A stretch of 46,144 nt of DNA from the IMG/VR virus record IMGVR_UViG_2718218453_000007; one strand, given 5' to 3'. Source of the DNA: a virus. Its lineage: Duplodnaviria; Heunggongvirae; Uroviricota; Caudoviricetes. Of this stretch, positions 20,421 to 33,943 are shown in pieces. The stretch's first letter is position 1; the number at the start of each line of letters is the position of its first letter. Both the position numbers and the translations under genes were made by a program. The notes below the pieces were generated by a model. The model was not told where the DNA came from and ran no database searches. It saw only the letters and a program-made list of their open reading frames with translations.

Positions 20421-21114
20421 CCGGAACTGCAGTGTCTCCCGGACGTCATCCGGAAGATGGCTGTAGGGGTTGCCATCCACCTTATGGCTGCCGCTGTAAA
20501 TCAGCGTGATTTCCACGCCCTGTTTCTCCAGCGCAGCACCGTAATTACTGTGAGCCATCATGACGCCGATGGAGCCTGTCCGGGCGGTCTGCGTGACCAG
20601 ACGCCGGGAGGCGGCGCTGGCAAGCAGCTGCCCTGCACTGCAGTTCATGTCATTGGCCAGCGCCCATACCGGCTTTATGTCACGCACACGGGCGATGATG
20701 TCAGCGCAGTCAAATGCCCCTGCCACCATTCCGCCGGGCGTGTCCATATCGAGCAGAATGCCGTCCACCATCGGGTCGCTGGCAGCCTGTTGCAGACGGG
20801 CGATAATGCCGTTGTAACCGGTCATTCCCGAATACGGCTGCAGCGCCCGCGTCCGACTGACCAGCGTACCGGACACCGGCAGCACGGCGATGCCGTTCAT
20901 GACCTGATAACTGCGGGCCTGTCGTGGTCCGTCATCATCACCGGATAACGCCAGCGCCGCGGGTGCCTCTCCGGCAGTCAGGCTGTCGCCGGATACTGCA
21001 TCCGTCAGGCGGCTGATCCCAAGCTGGCCTGCAAGCGCACAAAAGAAAACCCGCGCATAGGCGGGTTCAAGCATCAGCGGCTCATTAAAAGCCATGCTGG
21101 CAATATGCGGGAGA

Positions 21115-21134
<20 letters not shown>
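19815..21134 (-). CDS. C: Prohead protease/scaffold fusion protein C (GTG start)
   Basis: TAELRNLPHIASMAFNEPLMLEPAYARVFF... matches lambda C; start codon GTG at 21132-21134 as in lambda; overlaps B. Confidence 0.9.
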
Positions 21135-24815
<3,681 letters not shown>

Positions 24816-24841
<26 letters not shown>

Positions 24842-25361
24842 TCAGCAACCCCGGTATCAGTTCATCCAGCGCGGCTGCTTTGTTCATGGCTTTGATGATA
24901 TCCCGTTTCAGGAAATCAACATGTCGGTTTTCCAGTTCCGGAAAACGCCGCTGCACCGACAGGGGGATCCCGTCGAGAATACTGGCAATTTCACCTGCGA
25001 TCCGCGACAACACGAAAGTACAGAATGCGGTTTCCACCACTTCAGCGGAGTCTCTGGCATTCTTCAGTTCCTGTGCGTCGGCCTGCGCACGCGTAAGTCG
25101 ATGGCGTTCGTACTCAATAGTCCCTGGCTGGAGATCTGCCTCGCTGGCCTGCCGCAGTTCTTCAACCTCCCGGCGCAGCTTTTCGTTCTCAATTTCAGCA
25201 TCCCTTTCGGCATACCATTTTATGACGGCGGCAGAGTCATAAAGCACCTCATTACCCTTGCCACCGCCTCGCAGAACGGGCATTCCCTGTTCCTGCCAGT
25301 TCTGAATGGTACGGATACTCGCACCGAAAATGTCAGCCAGCTGCTTTTTGTTGACTTCCAT
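24816..25361 (-). CDS. nu1: Terminase small subunit Nu1
   Basis: 181-aa ORF MEVNKKQLADIFGASIRTIQNWQEQGMPVLRGGGKGNEVLYDSAAVIKWYAERD... matches lambda Nu1 essentially residue for residue from memory. Confidence 0.95.
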
Positions 25362-25379
25362 TGTTCATTCCACGGACAA

Positions 25380-25550
25380 AAACAGAGAAAGGAAACGACA
25401 GAGGCCAAAAAGCTCGCTTTCAGCACCTGTCGTTTCCTTTCTTTTCAGGGGGTATTTTAAATAAAAACATTAAGTTACGACGAAGAAGAACGGAAACACC
25501 TTAAACCGGAAAATTTTCATAAATAGCGAAAACCCGCGAGGTCGCCGCCC
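25380..25550 (-). other. cos region: cosN cohesive-end sequence (25539-25550) and cosB upstream of nu1
   Basis: Plus strand AGGTCGCCGCCC at 25539-25550 is the reverse complement of the lambda 12-nt cohesive end GGGCGGCGACCT, followed by CGCGGGTTTTCGCTATTTATGAAAATTTTCCGG as at the lambda left end. Confidence 0.85.
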
Positions 25551-25749
25551 CGTAACCTGTCGGATCGCCGGAAAGGACCCGCAAAATGATAATAATTATC
25601 ATCTACATGTCACAACGTGCATCTACGCCATCAAACCACGTCAAATAATCAATTATGACGCAGGTATCGTATTAATTGATCTGCATCAACTTAACGTAAA
25701 AACAACTTCAGACAATACAAATCAGCGACACTGAATACAGGGCAACCTC

Positions 25750-25983
25750 ATGTCAACGAAGAACAGAACCCGCAGAACAACAACCCGCAACATCCGCTTT
25801 CCTAACCAAATGATTGAACAAATTAACATCGCTCTTGATCAAAAAGGGTCCGGGAATTTCTCAGCCTGGGTCATTGAAGCCTGCCGCCGGAGACTGTGCT
25901 CAGAAAAAAGAGTTTCTCCTGAAGCAAACAAAGAAAAGAGTGACATTACTGAATTGCTCAGAAAACAGGTTAGACCAGATTGA
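25750..25983 (+). CDS. YlcI-like small protein (DUF3950 family), lambdoid right-end gene
   Basis: MSTKNRTRRTTTRNIRFPNQMIEQINIALDQKGSGNFSAWVIEACRRRL resembles DLP12 YlcI and the lambda right-end ORF, from memory. Confidence 0.6.
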   Translation: MSTKNRTRRTTTRNIRFPNQMIEQINIALDQKGSGNFSAWVIEACRRRLCSEKRVSPEANKEKSDITELLRKQVRPD

Positions 25984-26025
25984 AGCAATTTAGATAATCG
26001 TGCAGACTACGCCCCCTCATATCAC

Positions 26026-26451
26026 ATGGAAGGTACTACAATGGCTCAGGTTGCCATTTTTAAACAAATATTCGATAAAGTGCGAAATAATTTAAACTAT
26101 CACTGGTTTTATTCTGAACTAAAACGTCACAATGTCTCACATTACATTTACTATTTAGCCACAGAGAATATTCATCTTGTTCTTGAAAACGATAATACGG
26201 TTTTAATAAAAGGACAGGGTAAGGTTGTAAATGTAAGATTTTCAAAAAATAAATGCCTTATAGAAGCCACCTTAAAAGGATTCAAATCAGGAGAGTTATC
26301 ATTTTACGAATACAGGAAAAATCTTGCTACAGCAGGGGTTTTCAGATGGATTACAAATATCCACGAAAACAAAAGGTATTACTATACCTTTGATAATTCA
26401 TTACTCTTTACTGAGAACATTCAGAACACTACACAAATATTTCCGCACTAA
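26026..26451 (+). CDS. YbcV-like protein (DUF1398 family)
   Basis: 141-aa AT-rich ORF; resembles DLP12 YbcV family from memory; lies between cos and the lysis genes where lambda carries bor. Confidence 0.5.
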   Translation: MEGTTMAQVAIFKQIFDKVRNNLNYHWFYSELKRHNVSHYIYYLATENIHLVLENDNTVLIKGQGKVVNVRFSKNKCLIEATLKGFKSGELSFYEYRKNLATAGVFRWITNIHENKRYYYTFDNSLLFTENIQNTTQIFPH

Positions 26452-26710
26452 ATCATAACGTCCGGTTTCTTCCGTGCCAGAACCGGACTCGCTGGCATGA
26501 TGAAATATGTGTACCCGGTAACCCCGGTGTGCATCGTTTTTGATTATTCCCGCACACTCGCGCAGAAGGAGTTCCCCGTCGGGCTACGGTCTCTGTTAAT
26601 ACGGGAATACGGCGACGATACAGCGCATGATGTGTCAGGCTTGAATACCTTTATCCTTTAAAAGGGATATCAGTTAAGTTATCCCGTGTAGGGTATAAAC
26701 CATTATCAAA

Positions 26711-26740
26711 GCCACTCTGTAGGAAGTGGCTTTTGTAATG
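26711..26740 (+). terminator. Putative intrinsic terminator downstream of YbcV-like gene
   Basis: GCCACT-ctgtaggaa-AGTGGC hairpin followed by TTTTGT. Confidence 0.4.
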
Positions 26741-26942
26741 GCAATAAAAAGCCCCGCGAATGCGAGGCTAAATCCTGGTATTTGTAATGACTGGCTCTTA
26801 TCTCAACGCAGCCCCTTACCGCGCGCAAAATGCTCAATATCAAGCATCAGCAATGAGATGTTTAATCTGGATTCACTCCAGAAGTGAGCACCACCCTGTC
26901 TACAGAGCCAGATGTGAAGGATGATGAGTAAAATTATCGCTA

Positions 26943-27425
26943 TCATCGAAGGCATTGCGTCCTGATGTATTCCTGAAGCGTTCTCAGTGCTGTTTGGTCG
27001 CGGATAATTCCGTCCCGGATACCGAGAACGTTTCGTCCAGCAACTGGAGAGAGTTCGACGGTGGCATCATTGCCCATGCCGGAGGCGCTGGAGGTTTCGG
27101 CTGAGGATGGCACAGAGCATTTTCCTTTGACGAGCACCCGACCACCATTATCAAGCTTGCGCCGAAGAGCATCATTTTCAGCTTTCGCATCAGCCAACTC
27201 CTTCGTGTATTTAGCATCGAGTACATCAGCAGCACGCTGGCGTTGCTGCATGTCAGTAATGGTGGCGGTCGCCTGCTTCAGCTCACTGACTTTTTTATCA
27301 CGCTGTTCTTTGTAGGCGATGGCGTTATCACGGTAATGATTGACCGCCCACGACAGGCAGACGATGATGCAGATAACCAGAGCATAAATAATCGCGGCGA
27401 CTCTGCTCACTGATCTATCCCCCAA
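26943..27425 (-). CDS. Rz: Spanin inner-membrane subunit Rz (i-spanin)
   Basis: N-terminal TM segment [17 protein letters not shown], coiled-coil body, overlaps the endolysin 3' end; contains an embedded +1-frame lipoprotein ORF. Confidence 0.85.
   Translation of the reverse strand: MGDRSVSRVAAIIYALVICIIVCLSWAVNHYRDNAIAYKEQRDKKVSELKQATATITDMQQRQRAADVLDAKYTKELADAKAENDALRRKLDNGGRVLVKGKCSVPSSAETSSASGMGNDATVELSPVAGRNVLGIRDGIIRDQTALRTLQEYIRTQCLR
26984..27190 (-). CDS. Rz1: Spanin outer-membrane lipoprotein Rz1 (o-spanin), embedded in Rz
   Basis: Embedded [24 protein letters not shown]... with lipobox VVGC and Pro-rich mature region ([11 protein letters not shown]). Confidence 0.8.
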   Translation of the reverse strand: MRKLKMMLFGASLIMVVGCSSKENALCHPQPKPPAPPAWAMMPPSNSLQLLDETFSVSGTELSATKQH

Positions 27426-27940
27426 CAGGCTAATGCGCTTTCCTGGTCACGACGAATAACCTGTCCATAGCAGTTATTTGAACGTATGCGGCAATCGCGC
27501 CCACCATCTTTTATCCACCAGCGAATCGCCTCGCATGCACCCTTACGATCACCGGCATTCAGCCGCTTATAAAACGTCGACGGGAAACACTTACCGGGGC
27601 CAATGTTATAGGGACAAAATGACGCTATACCCGCTTTCTGTGGTTCGGTCAGTGGTACTTTAATATTGCGCTCCACCCATGCCAGCGCCTTATCACGTTC
27701 AATAGCGTTAACCTGGTCGCATTTTTCCTTCGACAGCTTCATTCCCGGTATGACGGGCTTACCATCCACCATTATGGCACCACGACAGATGGTCCATATA
27801 CCGGAACCATCGCGGTATGCCGTAGTGTGGTTACCCTCTTTTTCATCCAGAAACTGGTCAAGGATTTGAGGAGCTGACGCGCCTGCAGCAATCAGCGCCA
27901 GAACAGCAGCTGACAGGCCGTATTTGATTTTTGCGCTCAT
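27407..27940 (-). CDS. SAR endolysin (T4-lysozyme-like muramidase with signal-anchor-release domain)
   Basis: N-terminal weakly hydrophobic Gly/Ala-rich segment [16 protein letters not shown] followed by lysozyme catalytic region (E..D..T spacing in [22 protein letters not shown]). Confidence 0.85.
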   Translation of the reverse strand: MSAKIKYGLSAAVLALIAAGASAPQILDQFLDEKEGNHTTAYRDGSGIWTICRGAIMVDGKPVIPGMKLSKEKCDQVNAIERDKALAWVERNIKVPLTEPQKAGIASFCPYNIGPGKCFPSTFYKRLNAGDRKGACEAIRWWIKDGGRDCRIRSNNCYGQVIRRDQESALACWGIDQ

Positions 27941-27995
27941 GGATATTTATCAGGATGCTACCAATGAAAGATACTGGAAAGCCAACTGCAAAAAG

Positions 27996-28310
27996 CTAAC
28001 AACCCGTAATCGAGTTATCAGAACTGTTAATTTTTATGGTATACCGCGCCTCTGAACAGGGGCGCGTTTCTGGCAACAGCTCGTCCCCTTCACATAACCC
28101 GGCAGCAACATCCAGGAAGACCTGTCTGATGCTCCTTCTGGCTGCTGCCTCATAAAACTCCAGCGCGGCACCTTCAACACGGTCCAGCGAGATGTCCAGG
28201 TCAAAAATTTCACCGTCAAAGCGGTTTTTGTCCCGTAACGCTAAAGTTACCGTAACTTTATTCTCAAAATTGCGGATCCCTTTCACAATCAGTTCATAGT
28301 TTTGAGTCAT
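27996..28310 (-). CDS. Hypothetical protein inserted between holin and endolysin
   Basis: 104-aa ORF with tight spacing to the holin stop; no family recognised. Confidence 0.45.
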   Translation of the reverse strand: MTQNYELIVKGIRNFENKVTVTLALRDKNRFDGEIFDLDISLDRVEGAALEFYEAAARRSIRQVFLDVAAGLCEGDELLPETRPCSEARYTIKINSSDNSITGC

Positions 28311-28314
28311 TGAA

Positions 28315-28530
28315 TTACTCTCCCCGTGCAGCCTTACGCTTGTCTTCTTTAATCTTGAAATAAAGATTTGTCAGATACGTCAGCAGGCCAAAAACCAGGC
28401 TACCCAGCACACCGATTGCAGCCCACTGTGACGGAGTTACTTTATCGAGCAACTGTAAAAACCAGTACCCGGCACTACCTGCTGAGGTGCCATAGGCGAC
28501 ACCCGTTGTTAACTTATCCATGGATTTCAT
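28315..28530 (-). CDS. Pinholin, phage-21 S21-like, with dual-start motif
   Basis: [71 protein letters not shown] closely resembles the S21 pinholin (71 aa) from memory; MKSM dual start; track ORF extends upstream. Confidence 0.9.
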
Positions 28531-28597
28531 AACCCCACCTCGCAGATGCGGGTGCTGTGTAATGGAAATAAAAAGGCCACCTGACGTGGCCACCAGA

Positions 28598-29650
28598 TTA
28601 TTTCCCCACCAGCTCGTTTATCTCTTTCACTGTCTGGTTAAACCGCTCTGACTCAAGCTCAACACCTAAGGCCCGACGCCCCAGCGCCATTGCTGCTTTT
28701 ATTGTGGAACCGGATCCCATAAAAAAATCAGCAACCAGATCACCAGGTCGACTACTGGCATTGATTATTTGCCTGAGCATATCCGCCGGTTTCTCACACG
28801 GATGTTTACCCGGGTAGAACTGAACGGGTTTATGCATCCAGACATCGGTATAAGGCACGGAGACTGATACGGAGAAATAGCGCCGGAGAGATTTAAACTC
28901 ATCCAGCAATTCAGAATATTTACGATTCAGTGAATCATAAGATGCCACCAGCTGGTGGTGTGGTTGTTCCAGTTGTTGTTCCTGAAACTTCTCTGCCGCT
29001 ATACGGGAAAACAGTGCCTGTAACTTCCGATAGTCAGCCTCATTCGGCAACTGCCACTGACTGGCACCAAACCAGTGGGAAACCATATTTTTCTTACCTG
29101 TGGCTTCGGCAATTTGTTTTGCCGTTATACCCAGTTCGGCACGAGCATCCCTGAAATACGATATCAGCGGTGCCATTATGTGCTGTTTGAGTTCCCTTTC
29201 TTTTGCTGCATAGCCGTCACTTTTGCCGCGATATGGCCCCTGGTAATGTTCAGCAAACAGAACGCGCTCTGTGGCAGGAAAATATGCGCGCAGACTTTCT
29301 TTATTACACCCATTCCAACGTCCGGACGGCTTCGCCCAGATGATATGGTTAAGCACGTTGAAACGTTCACGCATCATGATCTCAATATCAGATGCCAGGC
29401 GATGCCCACAGAACAGGTAAAGGCTTCCGGCAGGTTTTAACACCCGCCAGAACTGGGCCAGACAGTGGTCCAGCCACTTAAGGTAATCTTCGTCCCCTTT
29501 CCACTGATTGTCCCAGCCGTTGGGTTTCACCTTGAAGTACGGCGGATCGGTAACAATCAGGTCAATGGAATCATCAGGCAGGGACTGAATAAAATGCAGG
29601 CAATCAGCGTTGATTAAATCAACACTGTTTATTTTTACAGTATTTTTCAT
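28598..29650 (-). CDS. Orphan DNA methyltransferase, beta-class (N6-adenine or N4-cytosine)
   Basis: DPPY motif ([11 protein letters not shown]) near the N-terminus and AdoMet-binding FxGxG motif (DFFMGSGST) near the C-terminus; no adjacent restriction endonuclease ORF. Confidence 0.85.
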
Positions 29651-29800
29651 GGATCAGTAAGCGTAACTCTGGTAGGCTCACTCTGCTTTTGCGCTAAAGC
29701 AGTGGGCCGTGGTTCGCTTGTGACCAGTAGGCATGAGCGAATGGCTGGCAGGTGCTACCAACACCCACCAGCCGCCCATTTTCACAGCAGGAAACCGCCA

Positions 29801-30004
29801 TTACTGGCAGCGTCTGAATTTATTCCCGTACCCGCCGTTATCCTTCGCCAGACCCGCCAGAACTAACTGAGTCAGTATTAACTGGCACCGGGCTTCGCTT
29901 ACTCCGGTAGTTCTCGTCATCATGCGTGGCGTTACCCACTTGTCAGCAGGTAAGAAATGAAGGACTGCGGCGGCGGTTTCTGTCATATCTTGCTGTTTTA
30001 GCAT
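29801..30004 (-). CDS. Small hypothetical protein (possible winged-helix), first ORF after the tR'-like terminator
   Basis: 67-aa ORF from the ATG at 30004 preceded by AAGGGA Shine-Dalgarno; track ORF (95 aa) extends upstream. Confidence 0.4.
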   Translation of the reverse strand: MLKQQDMTETAAAVLHFLPADKWVTPRMMTRTTGVSEARCQLILTQLVLAGLAKDNGGYGNKFRRCQ

Positions 30005-30120
30005 GTTTTTTCCCTTCTGGTTAACATGACATACCAATAACTCTTGTCTAAAAAGCCAGCAAGATAAAAAGCCAGTATTCACGACCACCAGCGTGTTTAC
30101 TGTACTGCACCAGGTTTACA

Positions 30121-30150
30121 GGTACAAAAAAACCGCTCAGCGGCGGGTTT
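30121..30150 (-). terminator. Putative late-operon leader terminator (tR'-like)
   Basis: CCGC-tga-GCGG GC-rich hairpin followed by T7 on the minus strand, upstream of the late MTase/lysis genes; stem is short. Confidence 0.35.
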
Positions 30151-30227
30151 AAGTTGTGTGGCGAAGTAACCACTCTTAACAGATTACAATGTTTTTTGCG
30201 GACCGCGCTAATGATTTCCTCTTTTTT

Positions 30228-30257
30228 TTGTTGTATTTTTCACACGGTTGCTAAAAT
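30228..30257 (+). promoter_or_regulatory. Putative sigma70 promoter for the plus-strand accessory cassette
   Basis: TTGTTG (-35), 18-nt spacer, TAAAAT (-10), ~15 nt upstream of the ATG at 30273. Confidence 0.35.
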
Positions 30258-30272
30258 TATTTCGGATCGATA

Positions 30273-31214
30273 ATGAGTACAGAAAATAAGAATAAAACTA
30301 GGCGAGTGAGAGTTGGTTTTTTCACTGGTAATGGAAGCAAAAAAGATGGCACATCTGCTGCAAAACTAGCCTTTGAGCAAATGACCACAGCAGATACTGT
30401 AACTTTTCCAATAACTTACACAACAGACACCCCAAATCGAGGGTTAAAGTTAGTTATTCTTCAAAAAGATACCACACTGCAATGTTACTTTGGTTACGTA
30501 TCGTGGAGAAGGGAATGCCTACTACCGTTCATCGAGGATGCTACAGGTAGTGAGAGAACAATTCCTTTAAATGATAAAGATTCTGTAGTTGAAAGAACAT
30601 ATTTTATCTATTACTACGAAACGGATTTATTAGCTATGACCCTCAACCATATAGGGCCCAAAGTAAATGATCTGGCATTCATTTTGTATAACAAAACTGA
30701 TTTAAAAAGCGTCACTTTTGAAGCCATTTGGAAACAAGAGAGCATGAAGGAACTGCTTGAGGACGGAAATATCCTACGTAGTTTCGATCTTATAGTTGCT
30801 GCTCCAAGAAACTTTAACAAAGCTAATTATAAGATTAAAAACCCTTTAGCTAATGAAATTATTGACATGGTTGTTGGTATGGGCGGGTCGCATCTAAGAT
30901 TAAATATGCGAGGTCGGATTCGCCCGAAAAAACAAGGTTTTAACTATCTAAAAACTTCTGTCACCGATGCTATTAAGGAACTACTTGAACTTTTTCCAAA
31001 AGGTTCTGGAGGTCTAAAAATTAAAAAAATTGATGTAACAGAGCCATCCAATAGAACGCCCAAAAGTCTACTTGACCAAGTATTGGTCAGTACAAAGACA
31101 ATCATTGTCAAAAGCGGTTATCCATCCGATTCTGATATCAGAACGGCGATGATATCTGCTAAAATTGATAACGCGAACTATCTTGCACAGTATGAGCTCG
31201 CTAGCAGAGACTAA
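30273..31214 (+). CDS. Hypothetical cytoplasmic protein (313 aa), first gene of a two-gene accessory cassette
   Basis: AT-rich ORF, opposite orientation to flanking phage genes; no recognisable catalytic motif. Confidence 0.6.
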   Translation: MSTENKNKTRRVRVGFFTGNGSKKDGTSAAKLAFEQMTTADTVTFPITYTTDTPNRGLKLVILQKDTTLQCYFGYVSWRRECLLPFIEDATGSERTIPLNDKDSVVERTYFIYYYETDLLAMTLNHIGPKVNDLAFILYNKTDLKSVTFEAIWKQESMKELLEDGNILRSFDLIVAAPRNFNKANYKIKNPLANEIIDMVVGMGGSHLRLNMRGRIRPKKQGFNYLKTSVTDAIKELLELFPKGSGGLKIKKIDVTEPSNRTPKSLLDQVLVSTKTIIVKSGYPSDSDIRTAMISAKIDNANYLAQYELASRD

Positions 31215-31223
31215 TAACCAAGC

Positions 31224-31685
31224 ATGGAGGACACAATGAGAGAATTAGCCACTTTTCTCTGGAAATGCGTCCTCTGGATTCTGTTGACCTATGCAGCGAC
31301 AAAACTGTTTAAACCGATGAAGCATGCTGACGTACTCACAACAGCGGGGGTGCTCTCGACTATATCAGGCATCCTGTTTGGTTTTGTTCTGGCTGCAATA
31401 TCTATATTTAGTAGTGCAAACAGCGATAAGGAAGGAGCAATTAATGCCCTTAAGCAAAACAACGTGTTACCAACTCTGGTAAATCGATTACTTTCAACAG
31501 GGTTAACTCTCATCGTCGCATGTATATTTCCATTGATAGCGATGTTTCTACCAGATGATGTTATTGTTGCGGGCAAACCTATTGATTTCCTATTCATACT
31601 GTTAGGCTTATCCTCCCTTATAATTTCGCTATATACCTTCGGAAGGTGTTGGTTAGTGTTACGAAAAATCTTCCCCCACTTGTGA
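31224..31685 (+). CDS. Integral membrane protein (about 4 TM helices), second gene of the accessory cassette
   Basis: Hydrophobic segments VLWILLTYAATKLF, VLSTISGILFGFVLAAISIF, LTLIVACIFPLIAMFL, FLFILLGLSSLIISLYTF; 9-nt gap after the upstream gene. Confidence 0.6.
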   Translation: MEDTMRELATFLWKCVLWILLTYAATKLFKPMKHADVLTTAGVLSTISGILFGFVLAAISIFSSANSDKEGAINALKQNNVLPTLVNRLLSTGLTLIVACIFPLIAMFLPDDVIVAGKPIDFLFILLGLSSLIISLYTFGRCWLVLRKIFPHL

Positions 31686-31687
31686 CA

Positions 31688-31714
31688 GGTTGGCCTCATA
31701 TGGGGCCAACCTGT
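31688..31714. other. Inverted repeat between the convergent cassette and Q-like gene
   Basis: AGGTTGGCC-tcatatgg-GGCCAACCT perfect 9-bp inverted repeat; no flanking T-run. Confidence 0.4.
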
Positions 31715-31720
31715 GCAACC

Positions 31721-32089
31721 CTAAGCGTCCATTTCAAGGTTAACATCCAACATTGAAAGGCAACCATCAATAAATCCTTCGGCTAGTTGTATTTCTATGC
31801 GTACCAATTTTTCATCCTTTCCACGCACCTTTGCAATCTTACGCTTGGATATTCTGTATAAATAATGTGCCACAAGCAGCGAGTGCTCATCTGGCTTTTT
31901 TTGCTTTAGACGAGCAAGACAACCTTCAATAATTAATGCATCACTATCTGAACAAGCCTGACGTGTTTTGCTTGTGTAGGGAAGAAGCCCCTTAAACCCA
32001 GCAGCTATAGGCGAATAGTCTACTCCAGAACTATCACTCGCCGCCCATGCTCCCCAACGCTCCAGAACCATCTGAATATCACGCATCAA
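31721..32089 (-). CDS. Q-like late antiterminator (small Q family)
   Basis: MRDIQMVLERWGAWAA...GCLARLKQKKPDEHSLLVAHYLY...MLDVNLEMDA resembles the ~125-aa phage antitermination Q family from memory; positioned upstream of the late/lysis genes. Confidence 0.55.
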   Translation of the reverse strand: MMRDIQMVLERWGAWAASDSSGVDYSPIAAGFKGLLPYTSKTRQACSDSDALIIEGCLARLKQKKPDEHSLLVAHYLYRISKRKIAKVRGKDEKLVRIEIQLAEGFIDGCLSMLDVNLEMDA

Positions 32090-32103
32090 CTTTCTCCACC
32101 AAA

Positions 32104-33099
32104 TCAGGCCAACACACCAATCGCCAGCGCGCGATCGATAAAACGAAATATCAGCTCCAGTTGGGAGCCATACTTCTCTTCAAATGCCACGGTATCCGCA
32201 TGCAGCTCGTCGTGATGCTTTCTGCACAAAGGCAACACAAAGAGGTCATGCGCTTTTGTACCCATTCCACCCTGACCGTGACCTATCAGGTGGTGGGGAT
32301 CATCAGCAGGCTTTCCACAACATGCACACGGCTGTGTCTTAACCCAGCGCGTGTACTTTTCATTAACCCAGCGGCGACGTTTTGGGCGTAACATAAAAGA
32401 CTCCGGCGACTCCGGATCCACTTCCAGCGCCAGCACTTTTTTCGCTTTATCCTGGATGATGCTGGTGGCAGGAACCGAAGGCACAAGGTCACTTTCCCGG
32501 GTAACAGACGGCACAACAGGCTTCGGTAATCTCAGTGCCTTACGGGCTGCACTTTCCGGTAAGGCATCAGCCAGGTCATTACGAACCAGCCACCAGCACA
32601 GTTCCGGCATTGTCACAACGTGACTGTCATCAAAACCGAGATCCCGACGCACAACAGACAACACCCAGCGGGCACAGTTATCCGTTGCCATTGATTCCAG
32701 CCGTTCCGTGAACTGATCGCGCAGCTGGTTATCGCAGTGCCAGCACAGACGGATTGCGCCCGGAGCGTGTCGCATTGTGGTCATGTTCTCGCTGTGCCAG
32801 TCGGAATGAGGCCACTGACAGCCCTTTTCACGAAGTAACCAGCTTTCAAGACATTCCACGCCACCCGCACGACGAATAACTGCCTCATTGCGGAACACGG
32901 CCCGAACGGCAGGATCATCCGCCAGCGGTTGTGATGCCGCCGGAACGGCACCACTGGCGAAAGATGAATAACGTTCCGGCTCAGGCTCCAGCAGGACACG
33001 CCCCTGCATAAACAGGGGCATCAGCTCTGAACCTGGCCTGAACAATACGATCCCCATACGCGGGGCAATTTCAGGGGTCAGTAGTGCTCTCACGGTCAC
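32104..33099 (-). CDS. DUF968 family protein (YdfU-like) with C-terminal HNH-like Cys/His motif
   Basis: C-terminal CACCGKPADDPHHLIGHGQGGMGTKAHDLFVLPLCRKHHDELH; nin-region location. Confidence 0.6.
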   Translation of the reverse strand: MTVRALLTPEIAPRMGIVLFRPGSELMPLFMQGRVLLEPEPERYSSFASGAVPAASQPLADDPAVRAVFRNEAVIRRAGGVECLESWLLREKGCQWPHSDWHSENMTTMRHAPGAIRLCWHCDNQLRDQFTERLESMATDNCARWVLSVVRRDLGFDDSHVVTMPELCWWLVRNDLADALPESAARKALRLPKPVVPSVTRESDLVPSVPATSIIQDKAKKVLALEVDPESPESFMLRPKRRRWVNEKYTRWVKTQPCACCGKPADDPHHLIGHGQGGMGTKAHDLFVLPLCRKHHDELHADTVAFEEKYGSQLELIFRFIDRALAIGVLA

Positions 33100-33100
33100 C

Positions 33101-33943
33101 TCAATGAACGGTATCGAGCAGCTTTAACAGCTCAGGGAATCGGGATTCGAAGAAATGCGGCTGCGTCTCGCGCGGATTTGCGGGACTGGTGATGTTCTTG
33201 CCGAACATGCAGCCTTTCGCTGTCAGCGACCAGAATTTTTTGATGTTGTTAATCGCGGTACGGCTGTATCGTTCGCGCTGCTCGACGATCCCCAGCTTCA
33301 CCATCTGGTGATATGCCTGATTAGCCGTCAGGCGGATACCATACTGTTTCAGCAGTGCACTCAGTGACAGTGTCGGGCGACTTGAGCCATCGTGTGCATC
33401 AGCAGGAGCATCAATGGCATAGCGCGGTGCCAGATTCGGTAAGCCAACAGCCTCCTGGAGTTTCTGACAGGCACCAAGCACTGAAGAGTTAGACAGGTTT
33501 AACTCCCGGCGCATAAAGTCCAGCAGGATCACGCCAGCCTGCATCTTGTCAGCAGCCTGTCCGGATAATTTTTCCGGTACGCTGGTTACCATATCGAAAG
33601 TACGGATCACCTTCAGATGGAATGACGGGCTGATCCACATTGCATAAGCATACACCAGTTCCTTGCAGACATACGTTCCCCGTTCATTTCCCCCATGAAT
33701 CACACTCACCGGGTCAACACCCAAATTCTGGGTGTTGGTCAATTCATGAACAAGCTCAACAGTTTGTTGGCTGGAAAGAAACTTTCCCGGCTCCTTGGTT
33801 CTGGCATTTGCACCAGATGCTACTGCTGCGCGATGCAGATCGTTCAGGCTGTAACGCCCATAAGCATCACGACGAACTTCAATACCATCAATGACCATCA
33901 GATTATTCATACTTCGTTTCTCCTCTTGATCAGGCGGCTGCAC
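33101..33943 (-). CDS. KilA-N domain protein
   Basis: N-terminal IDGIEVRRDAYGRYSLNDLHRAAV pattern typical of KilA-N DNA-binding domains. Confidence 0.6.
   Translation of the reverse strand: MQPPDQEEKRSMNNLMVIDGIEVRRDAYGRYSLNDLHRAAVASGANARTKEPGKFLSSQQTVELVHELTNTQNLGVDPVSVIHGGNERGTYVCKELVYAYAMWISPSFHLKVIRTFDMVTSVPEKLSGQAADKMQAGVILLDFMRRELNLSNSSVLGACQKLQEAVGLPNLAPRYAIDAPADAHDGSSRPTLSLSALLKQYGIRLTANQAYHQMVKLGIVEQRERYSRTAINNIKKFWSLTAKGCMFGKNITSPANPRETQPHFFESRFPELLKLLDTVH

Noticed and set aside
31686-31720. pR' late promoter immediately downstream of the Q-like gene
   Set aside because: Only 35 bp separate the Q-like stop from the convergent cassette and no -35/-10 pair is evident; the late promoter is more likely near 30.15-30.27 kb, but I could not identify it confidently.
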